A program made the translations under genes and the position numbers. The notes under the pieces were generated by a model, which saw nothing but the letters and a program-made list of their open reading frames with translations, was not told the origin of the DNA and ran no database searches. From IMG/VR virus record IMGVR_UViG_3300023105_001451, positions 1 through 64,000 of that record: a stretch of 64,000 bases of DNA; one strand, written 5' to 3'. Shown here piece by piece: positions 30,332 to 40,601 of this stretch. The DNA comes from a virus. Taxonomy: Duplodnaviria > Caudoviricetes. How positions within the stretch are numbered: the first letter of the stretch is position 1; the number at the start of each line of letters is the position of its first letter.

Positions 30332-32431
30332 ATGGCATATACAATTAGTTACACTGATGTTTCAAAAGAAGGTACAATCACAATTGAAGACGGTACAATT
30401 AATGAAGTTACTAGTCTAAGATTACCAGGAAGAAATACAACAGCTTATGGTGCTGTTATTGCAGAAAGTTTCTTGCATTTATTAGAAAACTTTGCTTCTC
30501 AAGCAGAACCAGCTAATCCTTCAGAAGGACAAATATGGTATAATAATGATCCATCAGAAGAAAATCTTTATGTGTATAACGGAACAAACTGGGTACCTGC
30601 AAGTGGTATAACCAAATCTGAAGAAACTCCGTCATTTGCAAAAACAGGTGATCTTTGGGTTGACATTGACAATCAGCAGTTGTATCTATTTACTGGTGGT
30701 GGTTGGATTCTAGTAGGTCCACAGTTTAGTGAAGGACTTGCAACAGGTGCAAGAGCAGATCAAATTATTGGACAAGACAACAATTCTTACACAGTGTTAA
30801 GAATTGAAGTTAATGGTACAACAGTAGGTATTATTTCAGGCGCAGACAATTCGTTTATTCCAAAAGCAACTATTGCAGGATTTGCTCAGATCAATCCAGG
30901 TTTTAATGTTATTAGTAGAGATACAAATGCAGACGGCCTAAGTGATTTTAAATTCTTTGGTACTGCTGAGAAGGCAGAAAACTTAATTGTTAACAACGAA
31001 GTTATTGCAGCTGGAGATTTTCTAAGGGGTGACACGACTAGTACAACAACATTTCCTTTAAACATTCAAAACAACCAAGGTATTAACTACGGTATTAATA
31101 GTGAATTAACAATCGGTGTAGAAGGACAAGCAGGTATTATACAACATAACGTTGGTGGTTCTAACATCGATATGCGTGTAAGAACTTCTAACCAAACAAA
31201 AACGGTTATACGTGTTGACTCTAATTTAAGAGTTGGTGTTAATACAGAAGCACCGGAGCAAGCTCTTGATGTTGTAGGTACAATACAAGCAAGTGAAAAT
31301 TTGTTAGTAAATGGTACAACACAAAGCTCTACTATTAACAACGGTGCTTTGATTGTTCGTGGTGGCGCCGCAGTTAAGCAAAATTTAAATGTTGGTGGAA
31401 CTACTACATTAAACGATTTATTAACAACTAAAGTAATCACTCCAGATGATAATGCAATTCGAGATATTGGAACAGCCGTTAATAGTTACAGACACGTATA
31501 TGCTACAAGATTCTTTGGAGATATTACTGGTACAGTTACAGGAACAATTGATGGACGATCTACTCAGTCAGATAAACTTACAGACAGAACTACATTTATT
31601 ATGGAAGGTGATGTTAGCACATTAGCTCCTGTTGAGTTTGACGGTGCTTTCCAAGATCCAAGTTTTGACAATGGTGTAGATGCAAATGGAGATCCGCTAC
31701 CTGCAGGCGAACAACCACTACAAAAGAAATTCCGTACAGAAATTTCAAACAGTTTTATTGCAGGAAAACCAGAAGAATCTGATGTTGCTAATAATGATCT
31801 AATTTTGTTTAATGATGTCGCCGGAGCAAGTCCAGGACTTAAAAGTGCCACTAAACAAAATTTCTTAAAATCAATACCTAGGACACCGGCAGGTGTAATT
31901 TTACCCTACGGAGGCTCATCTGCACCACAAGGTTGGTTGATTTGTGACGGAAGAGAATTAGAAAGAGATCTTTGGGAAGAACTGTTTTCAGCAATAGGAT
32001 TTAACTTTAAACCATCCTCACAAGTTACACCAGGATTTTTTGCCATACCAGATTTAAGAGGTAGAATGCCTCTAGGCGCAGATAATATGGGAGGCACATC
32101 AGCAAATACTGTACAAGCTGCATCTGCAGATGTTATAGGTGCTACTGATGGCGCAGAAGAAAAATTAATTAGCATTAACCAAATTCCGGATCACGTACAT
32201 GATTTACAAGATGCAGACAACAACCAATATTATGTGTATCAAGATAGACAAGATCCTACAACTGATACCAATGTTGAGCAAGTTCAAGGTCCGGACGCAG
32301 CAGATACAGCACAAAGACTTAGAAACAGCGGTAACATTCAGGGCAGAAACGACAGCTTTGTACAAGATGGGTTTAGCGTAATGCCGCCAACATTAACATT
32401 GAATTATATTATATATGGTGGAAGAGAATAA
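30332..32431 (+). CDS. Tail fibre protein with C-terminal tail-collar domain
   Basis: Shared N-terminal module (L.L.GRN...YG....E.F..LLENFA..GQIW); tail collar PAGVILPYGGSSAPQGWLICDG...LF.AIG...PDLRGR; IPDHVH; MPPTLTLNYII. Confidence 0.85.
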   Translation: MAYTISYTDVSKEGTITIEDGTINEVTSLRLPGRNTTAYGAVIAESFLHLLENFASQAEPANPSEGQIWYNNDPSEENLYVYNGTNWVPASGITKSEETPSFAKTGDLWVDIDNQQLYLFTGGGWILVGPQFSEGLATGARADQIIGQDNNSYTVLRIEVNGTTVGIISGADNSFIPKATIAGFAQINPGFNVISRDTNADGLSDFKFFGTAEKAENLIVNNEVIAAGDFLRGDTTSTTTFPLNIQNNQGINYGINSELTIGVEGQAGIIQHNVGGSNIDMRVRTSNQTKTVIRVDSNLRVGVNTEAPEQALDVVGTIQASENLLVNGTTQSSTINNGALIVRGGAAVKQNLNVGGTTTLNDLLTTKVITPDDNAIRDIGTAVNSYRHVYATRFFGDITGTVTGTIDGRSTQSDKLTDRTTFIMEGDVSTLAPVEFDGAFQDPSFDNGVDANGDPLPAGEQPLQKKFRTEISNSFIAGKPEESDVANNDLILFNDVAGASPGLKSATKQNFLKSIPRTPAGVILPYGGSSAPQGWLICDGRELERDLWEELFSAIGFNFKPSSQVTPGFFAIPDLRGRMPLGADNMGGTSANTVQAASADVIGATDGAEEKLISINQIPDHVHDLQDADNNQYYVYQDRQDPTTDTNVEQVQGPDAADTAQRLRNSGNIQGRNDSFVQDGFSVMPPTLTLNYIIYGGRE

Positions 32432-34401
32432 TGAGCTACAAAATTAATAAATCTAACGGCGAACTAATAGTAGACTTAGTAGACGGTCAAATAGACGAAA
32501 CATCCACCGATATTACACTAATTGGTAGAAACTATAAAGGTTTTGGTGAAAAAATTAACGAAAATTTTGTTAAATTAATGGAAAATTTTGCTAAAACTAG
32601 TGCTCCAGGTTCGCCTCTCGTAGGACAATTATGGTACGACACAGCAGAAGAAAGACTAAAAGTTTACACAGGCGAAACATTTAAAACAGCATCCGGCGCA
32701 TTAGTAAGCCAAACACAACCTAATCTTGTTACAGGTGACATTTGGATTGATAGTTTTAATAATAAAATGTATTTTTATGATGGAGCAGATATTGTTCTAG
32801 TCGGTCCGCAATATTCAGCAGGACAAGGAAAAACTACAATTGAAGCGTTTACTGTTATTGATAACACCGGTAAAGATCAAACAGTTTTGTTTATGTATAT
32901 TTCAGGTTTACTAACCGGCATATATTCAAGAACACAATTTAGACCACGTGAAAACATCACAGGATATCCAATAGATCAAACTGATACTAATAATCCTAAG
33001 CGTCAATTAATAAAACAGGGATTTAATCCGGTAGATACCTCGTTTTCATGGCAAGGCACTGCATTAAGTACACAATCACTTATTAACGATGCAGGCGAAG
33101 CATTTACAGATGCTAACTTTATGAAAACTGATAGAGATACTAGTACACTAGGTAGTCTTGCAGTTAAAAACGAAAATGGTATAACTGTTGGTGTTAGCGA
33201 TACAGTATATGCTGCACTAAGGGTTGATAGACAAAACGCTGATGTTACAGCACTTGAAGCTCAACAAACAAACAAAAATTTTGTTATAAGAACAAAACGA
33301 TCAAACTCAGTAGACGATGTGTTTTATGTTAACACTCCAATAAAACGTGTAGGTATCTATACTAATTCTCCGTCAGTTGGATTTGATGTTAATACAGACG
33401 CAAAAGTACAAGGTGACTTAACAGTTAACGGTGACTTAACAGTACAGGGCGACAGTACTTTTATTCAAACACAAACTTTACAAGTTGAAGATAAAAATAT
33501 TGAACTTTCAACAGCTACAAACGGTGATCCTGCAGGTGATGATTTAGTAGCCGACGGTGGCGGCATAACTCTAAGATCAACCGACGGCGATAAAACTATA
33601 TTATACAGTCAAACTATTGATAGTTGGACGTTTAGTCATGACTTAAACTTAGATGGCACCTCAGCAGTTTACAAAATAGATGGTGTTAACAAACTTAGTG
33701 AAAATAGAATTGATGATACAGTATTGTATGCAGAAGGACTAGTAAGAATTGGAACGCTACAATACTTAAATGTTGATAATTTTAATTTAAACGGATCAAC
33801 ATTAACAACTACTAACCCATTGTTTATTACTTCTAATGGTGTTATTACTGTTAACAATAATAGAATTGAAGGTGTATTAACACCTATTAGTAACAGAGTA
33901 TCTTTACGTGACGGCACACCGGAATCAGCTAATTCTTCTGTTGCTACTAAACGTTACGTAGACGAAGAAATTAAAGCTGAACCGTTAGTTGTATCTTTAG
34001 ATGTAACAGGATACGCTAATCCGGAAGTTAGTTTTGCACTTGGCGGTCCATATAATAACGTAAAAAGTGTAATAGAACAACTTTATAGTGCAGCTTTAAA
34101 AGAAGAAGGTGCATTAGCAAAAGTTTACTGTACTAGTTACTCACAAACATCGGTTACAGGTATTGACGTTGATCAATTAGTTGACGATCCTGATAATCCA
34201 GGCGGCCCTCAGATTTCAGCTGTTAGAAAAAGTTTTATAGCTGTTGATAAAGACGATGTTTCTAGTACAGAATCAGTACTGCAAGACGTAGAGTTCTTGC
34301 CAGTTTCAGCAAGCGCAGGATTTGTTCCTGACAGGGCAATTATGGAATTTGAAGTAGTCGGTAACACATGGAGTTGGAATGGAACCACAGTACTTTCATA
34401 A
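32431..34401 (+). CDS. Tail fibre protein (paralog)
   Basis: Same N-terminal module (LIGRNYKGFGE.INENFVKLMENFA..GQLWYD); GDLTV repeats; VEDKNIEL..ADGGGITL; ATKRYVD fibre motif. Confidence 0.8.
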   Translation: MSYKINKSNGELIVDLVDGQIDETSTDITLIGRNYKGFGEKINENFVKLMENFAKTSAPGSPLVGQLWYDTAEERLKVYTGETFKTASGALVSQTQPNLVTGDIWIDSFNNKMYFYDGADIVLVGPQYSAGQGKTTIEAFTVIDNTGKDQTVLFMYISGLLTGIYSRTQFRPRENITGYPIDQTDTNNPKRQLIKQGFNPVDTSFSWQGTALSTQSLINDAGEAFTDANFMKTDRDTSTLGSLAVKNENGITVGVSDTVYAALRVDRQNADVTALEAQQTNKNFVIRTKRSNSVDDVFYVNTPIKRVGIYTNSPSVGFDVNTDAKVQGDLTVNGDLTVQGDSTFIQTQTLQVEDKNIELSTATNGDPAGDDLVADGGGITLRSTDGDKTILYSQTIDSWTFSHDLNLDGTSAVYKIDGVNKLSENRIDDTVLYAEGLVRIGTLQYLNVDNFNLNGSTLTTTNPLFITSNGVITVNNNRIEGVLTPISNRVSLRDGTPESANSSVATKRYVDEEIKAEPLVVSLDVTGYANPEVSFALGGPYNNVKSVIEQLYSAALKEEGALAKVYCTSYSQTSVTGIDVDQLVDDPDNPGGPQISAVRKSFIAVDKDDVSSTESVLQDVEFLPVSASAGFVPDRAIMEFEVVGNTWSWNGTTVLS

Positions 34402-34407
34402 CACAGA

Positions 34408-34413
34408 TAAATA
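34408..34413 (+). promoter_or_regulatory. Late promoter motif TAAATA
   Basis: Intergenic gaTAAATA upstream of AGGGG RBS and ATG 34439. Confidence 0.55.
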
Positions 34414-34438
34414 CAATAACGCATTAGGGGTTTAACGA

Positions 34439-35974
34439 ATGGCATATACAATAGATACATACAGCAATAGTAAAAGCTGGAAAATTGAAGATGGTACTAT
34501 TGACCAAACAACCGACTTAAAACTAGTTGGTAAAAACTATGCTGGCTATGGTGAGATACAAAACGAAAATTTTGTATTTTTACTAGAAAACTTTGCAGGG
34601 CAAGTAGAACCGCCACGCAAGTTAGCTGGTCAAATTTGGTTTGATAGCGGAAACAGTAAATTAAAATTCTTTGATGGCTTAAAATGGCGTACTACAGGCG
34701 GCGCCGAAGTAAGCGATACTGTTCCAACAGGCTTAAAAGAAGGTGATTTTTGGTGGGATACATCAAACGAACAGCTTTATACATATAATGGCGGTGATTT
34801 TGTACTTATCGGACCCCAAAGTGCAGGATCAGGACAAACACAGATTGTAAGCCGTTCAGTTCGCGACACCTTAGGAAATAGTAGAAATATTATTACCGCA
34901 GTAGTTAATGACGAAACTGTCTTAGCATTTAGTAATGCAGATTTTACAATTGACACTAATGATGTTGACAGTAATATTTCTGGCTTTGATAGAATAAGAC
35001 CAGGTTTAACACTTAAAAATACAATTAATAGTTCTGGCGGTGTAACTTCAGGATCCTTTAGACTAGTAGGTACTGCAACTAACTCTGAAAAATTGGGTGG
35101 TTTAGCAGCTTCAAACTACGTTCAATCAAATAATCCTGTATTTACTGGGTTAGCAACATATTCTGAAGATGGATTACAAATTGGTGATAGTGGCGACTTT
35201 ACACTAAAAGTTGAAAATGACAACCAAGGCGTCATTGAAAACGGCAACGGTAGTCAAATTATTATACGTGCAAAAGACTTATTTGGTAATGTTTTAAACC
35301 CTGTAAGATTTTTTTACAATGCTGTTATACCAGGACTTGTTGGTAATACTGAAACAGTTGCGGCAACTAGTTTAGGAACTAGTGATTATAGATGGCCAAA
35401 TGTTTTTGCATTAAATTATGAAGGCTTAGGACAAGTTTCTAAAGGAATAATGAAACCAAACGCAGTTTATGACCCAGACCCATTAACTGGCACAATGCAA
35501 AACGGAGATGCAATACTTCCTTCAGAAGAAACTGCTGCTAACACAATTCCTGTTAGAGACGGCCTTGGAGATATCTATGCAAGACGATTCCAAGGTGTGG
35601 CAACAGAAGCATGGTATGCTGACTTAGCAGAAAAATATACAACAGATGCAGACTATCCAGTTGGAACAGTTATGGCAGTAGCTACACAAGGCACAGCCGA
35701 AGCAAGATCAGCTAACAGAGGAAGCATTGCAATAGGTGTTATATCTGAAGAACCTGCATTTTTAATGAACAAGGGTTGTGACGGTCAAGCAGTTGGTTTA
35801 AAAGGGCGTGTTCCTGTCCGCGTAGTTGGTCCTGTTAAAAAAGGCGAAGCAGTTTATGTTGATGATAACGGTTGTGCAAGTACAGCAATCAACGGCGGCT
35901 GTATAGTAGGTATTGCACTTGTATCTAGCGATGTAGAAGAAGAAAAATTAATCGAGTGCGTTTTGAAAGTATAA
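34439..35974 (+). CDS. Tail fibre protein with C-terminal intramolecular-chaperone / autocleavage-like (peptidase G2-type) domain
   Basis: Same N-terminal module; C-terminal YADLAEKY..D..Y..GTV, IGVIS..PAFLMN, VGLKGRVPVRVVG.V.KG. Confidence 0.8.
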   Translation: MAYTIDTYSNSKSWKIEDGTIDQTTDLKLVGKNYAGYGEIQNENFVFLLENFAGQVEPPRKLAGQIWFDSGNSKLKFFDGLKWRTTGGAEVSDTVPTGLKEGDFWWDTSNEQLYTYNGGDFVLIGPQSAGSGQTQIVSRSVRDTLGNSRNIITAVVNDETVLAFSNADFTIDTNDVDSNISGFDRIRPGLTLKNTINSSGGVTSGSFRLVGTATNSEKLGGLAASNYVQSNNPVFTGLATYSEDGLQIGDSGDFTLKVENDNQGVIENGNGSQIIIRAKDLFGNVLNPVRFFYNAVIPGLVGNTETVAATSLGTSDYRWPNVFALNYEGLGQVSKGIMKPNAVYDPDPLTGTMQNGDAILPSEETAANTIPVRDGLGDIYARRFQGVATEAWYADLAEKYTTDADYPVGTVMAVATQGTAEARSANRGSIAIGVISEEPAFLMNKGCDGQAVGLKGRVPVRVVGPVKKGEAVYVDDNGCASTAINGGCIVGIALVSSDVEEEKLIECVLKV

Positions 35975-35977
35975 ATA
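35970..35977 (+). promoter_or_regulatory. T4-consensus late promoter TATAAATA
   Basis: Exact TATAAATA overlapping the previous stop, upstream of AGGA RBS and ATG 36004. Confidence 0.7.
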
Positions 35978-36003
35978 TACTAGCATATAATAGGATAACT
36001 TAA

Positions 36004-36924
36004 ATGGCAGTAAATAAAGAAACCACCATTACCGCAGCAAACTATAACACACTGCAAAATAGAGTTGCTAGATTGCTCGGCGGCGGCAACGGCCAAGAAG
36101 GTTACGGGCAAGATTTAAGCAGTTCTCCAGTAGCAGCAAATAGTATTGTTTATGCAAGTGATATGAATTTATTATTGCAAGACATTAATGCAATTTCTAT
36201 TCACCAATCAGGATCACCAACACCGTTACAACCGGTAACATCAAGTAGTTCAATTTTAGCTAACGAAAGAGAAGTTGGTGACTACGATGGGTTTAATCAG
36301 TACATTTTTGAAGTTACGAGGTTAGAAGCAAATCCAGGACAAGTAGACGGAACACAAGTTACTATTGAAACTCTTGCAACAGATTCAAGATTTGCTCCAT
36401 GGAACGGACAATTATCGCATAGTTTTACATTAACTTTTGACGATAGTGATCATAGACGTGCATATTTTAACGCTGGCGGACAGATTTATATTAGTGCTCA
36501 AATTGAAACTAATTCTAATGCTAAAGGCGACGACTGGAAACAGATGCTTACAAACATGGGTGTAATTCAATTTAAATCTAATACTACATCTAAAACAGGT
36601 ATTGGCGGAACATTATTTCCAGACGGTAACGGGCCTATTGGTAACTTTCAATTAACTGCATCTTTAATAAAGCTGTTTGAAAGAACAGGGCAGCAAGAAG
36701 CGTATGCTGAAAATAGATATCTTGTTTTTGTTAAAGAAACAAGTAATAGAGCAATTCAGTTTACAATTCAATTTCAAGATCAAGATTTAGGGGATCCAAA
36801 TATAGATGAGGAAGTGCAGGGCACACTTGTAAGCAAAGTACAGCTTTTAAGGCCAACAGGAAATTCTGTTTCTGTTGCCGCTCCAAGTTATGCAGCACTT
36901 TCTAGTTTAGAATTAGGAAACTAA
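36004..36924 (+). CDS. Virion structural protein (paralog 1)
   Basis: I.A.NYN..Q.R....LG.G....GYGQ N-terminus and RRAYFNAGGQI motif shared with the next gene; has a late promoter. Confidence 0.6.
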   Translation: MAVNKETTITAANYNTLQNRVARLLGGGNGQEGYGQDLSSSPVAANSIVYASDMNLLLQDINAISIHQSGSPTPLQPVTSSSSILANEREVGDYDGFNQYIFEVTRLEANPGQVDGTQVTIETLATDSRFAPWNGQLSHSFTLTFDDSDHRRAYFNAGGQIYISAQIETNSNAKGDDWKQMLTNMGVIQFKSNTTSKTGIGGTLFPDGNGPIGNFQLTASLIKLFERTGQQEAYAENRYLVFVKETSNRAIQFTIQFQDQDLGDPNIDEEVQGTLVSKVQLLRPTGNSVSVAAPSYAALSSLELGN

Positions 36925-36928
36925 ATCT

Positions 36929-37963
36929 ATGGTATCAACAGGTAACTTAGTACAAGCAACAGACTACACAGATGCTCTTGATAGAATCCTTGTCTTACTA
37001 GGCGACGGAACAGGTCAAGACGGATACGGACAAATTGTTCCAAGCTATGAAGCATACAAAGATGTTAGTGTAAATGACGAACTAATTGATCACGATCATT
37101 TAGAAATGTTAAAGACAGACATTAATACTTGCAGACAGCACCAAGCATCTACAGATGCATATACATCTACTTTTAGCACAGGCGATATAATTGGAGCAGA
37201 TGCTAGTGGCCCTAGCGCAAGTAATCTTAATGATAATGCAAAAGGGTTTAATGATTTATTAGCTGCAATTACAGTTGTTGAAAATAATGCAGATTCTATA
37301 GATGATTTTACAATCGGCACAGCAAGATCTTTAGCAGTTAGTACTCGTACAAGTCCTTGGGGCGGCGACGGTGATCCAGACGATAATATTTGGTGTGAGT
37401 TAGATCTTTTGTTTGAAGGAGGTTATGCAACAACCAACGCAGCTGGAAGAACTTCTGCAACAGGCGCAGATCATAGAAGACATTTTTTTAACGCAGGTGG
37501 CGATTTAAGACTTACATTTACAAGTGGAGCGAATACTTCAAAGGACCAAAACTGGGCTTCGATGTTTAATAATGTTACAGTAATATTTGGTAAAAATGCA
37601 ACAACAGCAAATACTGGCGCAGCAGCTGATGGCAGCACAGACGTTAACGGAGACGGTGCTATTAATGCAGCAGTCGGAAATTTTCAGTTAACTACAGGAT
37701 ATAAAGAAATATTTAGAAAGTATGGTTCTGGTGTTTATGACGAAAACTACTATAGAGTAAGAGCCAAGCGTGTAAACAATGACACAATTAGATTTAGAAT
37801 AGATTTTAACGATATTAACGAAGGACAGCCTAACTTCGACGAACGTGTTCTAGTATCAGGCGGGTCTCAGTCTGCAGGTGTACATGCAAAACAGCCCACA
37901 GGCGATTATGTATCAATTCCTTTACCTGCTGGCAGCGAGTTTGCTGCATTCCAAGACAACTAA
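36929..37963 (+). CDS. Virion structural protein (paralog 2)
   Basis: LLGDGTGQDGYGQ, RRHFFNAGGDL, GNFQLT, G.PN.DE shared with 36004-36924. Confidence 0.6.
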   Translation: MVSTGNLVQATDYTDALDRILVLLGDGTGQDGYGQIVPSYEAYKDVSVNDELIDHDHLEMLKTDINTCRQHQASTDAYTSTFSTGDIIGADASGPSASNLNDNAKGFNDLLAAITVVENNADSIDDFTIGTARSLAVSTRTSPWGGDGDPDDNIWCELDLLFEGGYATTNAAGRTSATGADHRRHFFNAGGDLRLTFTSGANTSKDQNWASMFNNVTVIFGKNATTANTGAAADGSTDVNGDGAINAAVGNFQLTTGYKEIFRKYGSGVYDENYYRVRAKRVNNDTIRFRIDFNDINEGQPNFDERVLVSGGSQSAGVHAKQPTGDYVSIPLPAGSEFAAFQDN

Positions 37964-37970
37964 TCAGCTC

Positions 37971-37999
37971 TTGACAAAATCTTAAACTGAGTATATAAT
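37971..37999 (+). promoter_or_regulatory. Consensus sigma70 promoter at the start of the enzyme island
   Basis: TTGACA(37971-37976)-17 nt-TATAAT(37994-37999); GGAG RBS before ATG 38024. Confidence 0.8.
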
Positions 38000-38023
38000 T
38001 ACTAATATACTTGGAGATCCCGT

Positions 38024-38371
38024 ATGGACGAAAGATTAGAAAAAGCATTAGAATTTTCAAACTACATGACTACGCTAAACAATCAAAAGCGTATTATAAA
38101 AGAACAATTTTCCGAAAATTGTGTTCACTATCTCGACGGAGGCAAGTTTACAGTAAACAGAGAACTAATGACGTTTTGTCAAATGATTGTTAGCAGAGAA
38201 ATGACTAGTGCAGTTCTCATTGATGACAATGATACTCCTATCGAAATTAAGGATATGGTAAAATTCTTAGATGATATTATTGACATTTATTTTACAAAGT
38301 CGTATGAATACTTAGACAAGTATACAGAAATTAAAACAAACAGATCTGTCGAAGGTTTGATTAATATATGA
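38024..38371 (+). CDS. Hypothetical protein
   Basis: 115-aa ORF with RBS, first in a translationally coupled operon; no catalytic motif seen. Confidence 0.7.
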   Translation: MDERLEKALEFSNYMTTLNNQKRIIKEQFSENCVHYLDGGKFTVNRELMTFCQMIVSREMTSAVLIDDNDTPIEIKDMVKFLDDIIDIYFTKSYEYLDKYTEIKTNRSVEGLINI

Positions 38372-39222
38372 CCAGAGGTGTAGTACTATTTGCACAAAAC
38401 AATCATACTATAGATTATGTTAAACAAGCAATTTTTTGTGCTAAAAAAATTAAAAAGCATTTAGGGTTATCAGTAGCAATAGCAACTGATAATGTCTCCT
38501 ATCTTGAAAAAACATATCCGTATTATAAAAAATATTTCGATCATGTACTTTCTTTAGATTGGAAAGAGTGTACACAAAAAAGAATTTATCGAGACGGCAC
38601 AATGAGTGATAGAACACTTGAGTGGAGAAATCACGATAGAAGCACAGTATACGATATATCACCATATGACGAAACTATTGTAATGGATACCGATTTTATA
38701 GTCGGAAACTCTTTACTAAACAATGCTTTTGACACAGATGATGATTTTTTAATTTGTAGAGACATTGAAGATCTTAATCCAGAACGTGTAGAAAGTTTTG
38801 AAAAGATTAGCGACAGAAGTATTGATATGTATTGGGCTACTTTGTTTTATTTTAAGAAAACAGAACGAACAAAAGCGTTCTTTAATTTAGTTGAACATAT
38901 TAAAGAAAACTGGTTATATTATAGATTAGTTTATCAAATAGCAAATAAAACTTATAGAAATGATTTTAGTTTTAGTATTGCTATTCATTTAATGAACGGT
39001 AATCAAAAAACAAATTGGCCTAAAGCAATGCCTGGAAAATTATGGTTTACAACAGACAATGATGTATTAGTTAAAATGGACGATGAAAAATATGTATTTT
39101 TACTTGATAAAAAAGATTGGAAGGGTCATTACACATTATCGTCGATAGATAATACAAATATTCATGTAATGAATAAATTTAGTTTAGATAGAGCAATTAG
39201 CAAGGAGTTAGCAAATGAGTAA
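38368..39222 (+). CDS. GT-A fold glycosyltransferase (GT8-like)
   Basis: RGVVLFA N-terminus, SPYDETIVMDTD (DxD), YWATLFYF, RNDFSFSIA. Confidence 0.75.
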   Translation: MTRGVVLFAQNNHTIDYVKQAIFCAKKIKKHLGLSVAIATDNVSYLEKTYPYYKKYFDHVLSLDWKECTQKRIYRDGTMSDRTLEWRNHDRSTVYDISPYDETIVMDTDFIVGNSLLNNAFDTDDDFLICRDIEDLNPERVESFEKISDRSIDMYWATLFYFKKTERTKAFFNLVEHIKENWLYYRLVYQIANKTYRNDFSFSIAIHLMNGNQKTNWPKAMPGKLWFTTDNDVLVKMDDEKYVFLLDKKDWKGHYTLSSIDNTNIHVMNKFSLDRAISKELANE

Positions 39223-40057
39223 AGGATTTTGTTTGTTAGCTCAGAATAATGATAACACAAATTATGTACGCCAGGCATATGCACTTGCACTTAGTTTACA
39301 TAGATATAACACAGATCAAAAAATCAGTCTTATAACAAACGACAAAGTACCAGAAAGTTGGACACATGCGTTTGATAAAATTATTCCTATTCCGTGGCAA
39401 GATGATGCAAATGAACAAGATTGGAAAATAAACAATAGATGGAAGGTGTATCACGCAAGTCCTTATGAACAAACTATTGTACTTGAAGCAGATATGCTTG
39501 TTCTTAGCAATATAACACATTGGTGGAATGAATTAGAAAAATACGATGTATATTTTACAAGTAATGTAAACACGTATCGTAATGAAGTTGTTACTAGCAG
39601 ATATTATAGAAAAACTTTTGATGCAAACGAATTGCCGAATTTGTACAGTGCATTACATTATTTTAGAAAAGGCGATAAAGCAAAAGAATTTTACACCTTG
39701 TTAGAAATTGTAATGCAAAATTGGGAATTATTTTACAGTAAGTATGCAAAAGAAAGATACCAAAAGTGGTGTAGCGTTGACTTATGTGCAGCTATTGTAA
39801 GTAAAATTTTAGATAACGAAAAAGAAATAACAAATCCTAAAAGTTTTATTACGTTTACGCACATGAAACCACATGCTCAACGTTGGAAAAATGTTCCTGA
39901 AAAATGGACTAGTGTAATAGGAAAATACTATCGAAATGATGGTAACTTAATGTTAGGAAATTTTCTACAGTCTGGTTTATTGCACTATGTAGAGGACGAG
40001 TTTCTGACAGAAAAAATTATAGAGAAATTAGAAAATGGAACGCAAGTATTATCTTAA
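39215..40057 (+). CDS. GT-A fold glycosyltransferase (GT8-like), paralog
   Basis: KGFCLLAQN, FDKIIPIP, SPYEQTIVLEAD (ExD variant), FTHMK, LHYVE. Confidence 0.75.
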   Translation: MSKGFCLLAQNNDNTNYVRQAYALALSLHRYNTDQKISLITNDKVPESWTHAFDKIIPIPWQDDANEQDWKINNRWKVYHASPYEQTIVLEADMLVLSNITHWWNELEKYDVYFTSNVNTYRNEVVTSRYYRKTFDANELPNLYSALHYFRKGDKAKEFYTLLEIVMQNWELFYSKYAKERYQKWCSVDLCAAIVSKILDNEKEITNPKSFITFTHMKPHAQRWKNVPEKWTSVIGKYYRNDGNLMLGNFLQSGLLHYVEDEFLTEKIIEKLENGTQVLS

Positions 40058-40601
40058 TTTTAAAGAAGACGGCACAGTCTGGAAAGTATCTAATGTACTA
40101 GACGAAAGTTCTTTGTACATTAATATTTCTAAAGAACTTATGTACGATTTTGCAGAGTGTCGAAAGAGTATGGAAGATTTTATTGTCGTACCTAGCGATT
40201 CAGCTGACTCACAGTTTGAATTAAAGTCTAAACACACAAGTTTAGAAGATTTCGATGTTGATAAAAGTATACATCGATTACCGAAACATGATATTAATCA
40301 CAATCTAGTGTTTCACATTAAACAAAACGTATCCGAAGGAACCTGGAAAGCAAGCGTGTCTCCAGGTCTTAAATCGTTAATTAATAGCACAGCATATTAT
40401 AAGGATAAAGTGCATCGTCTTTTTGTTACCGACGAAGATGATCCTAATTTTTTATTAGATACACTAGAAGTAAATTTTTCTTCTGTAATGAATGGCGAAG
40501 CAATTATAGAAAATACAAAAAAAGAAGTTGCTCAAAGGAACGATGTGAGTGTATACTGTGGTAAAGCCTTTGAGAATTATAATCATATAGTGGAAGAATG
40601 A
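40035..40601 (+). CDS. Hypothetical protein
   Basis: 188-aa ORF coupled to its neighbours; no motif recognised. Confidence 0.65.
   Translation: MERKYYLNFKEDGTVWKVSNVLDESSLYINISKELMYDFAECRKSMEDFIVVPSDSADSQFELKSKHTSLEDFDVDKSIHRLPKHDINHNLVFHIKQNVSEGTWKASVSPGLKSLINSTAYYKDKVHRLFVTDEDDPNFLLDTLEVNFSSVMNGEAIIENTKKEVAQRNDVSVYCGKAFENYNHIVEE

Noticed and set aside
33412-33443. Direct repeat GGTGACTTAACAGT with an 18-nt period
   Set aside because: Encodes ordinary GDLTV beta-repeats of a tail fibre.
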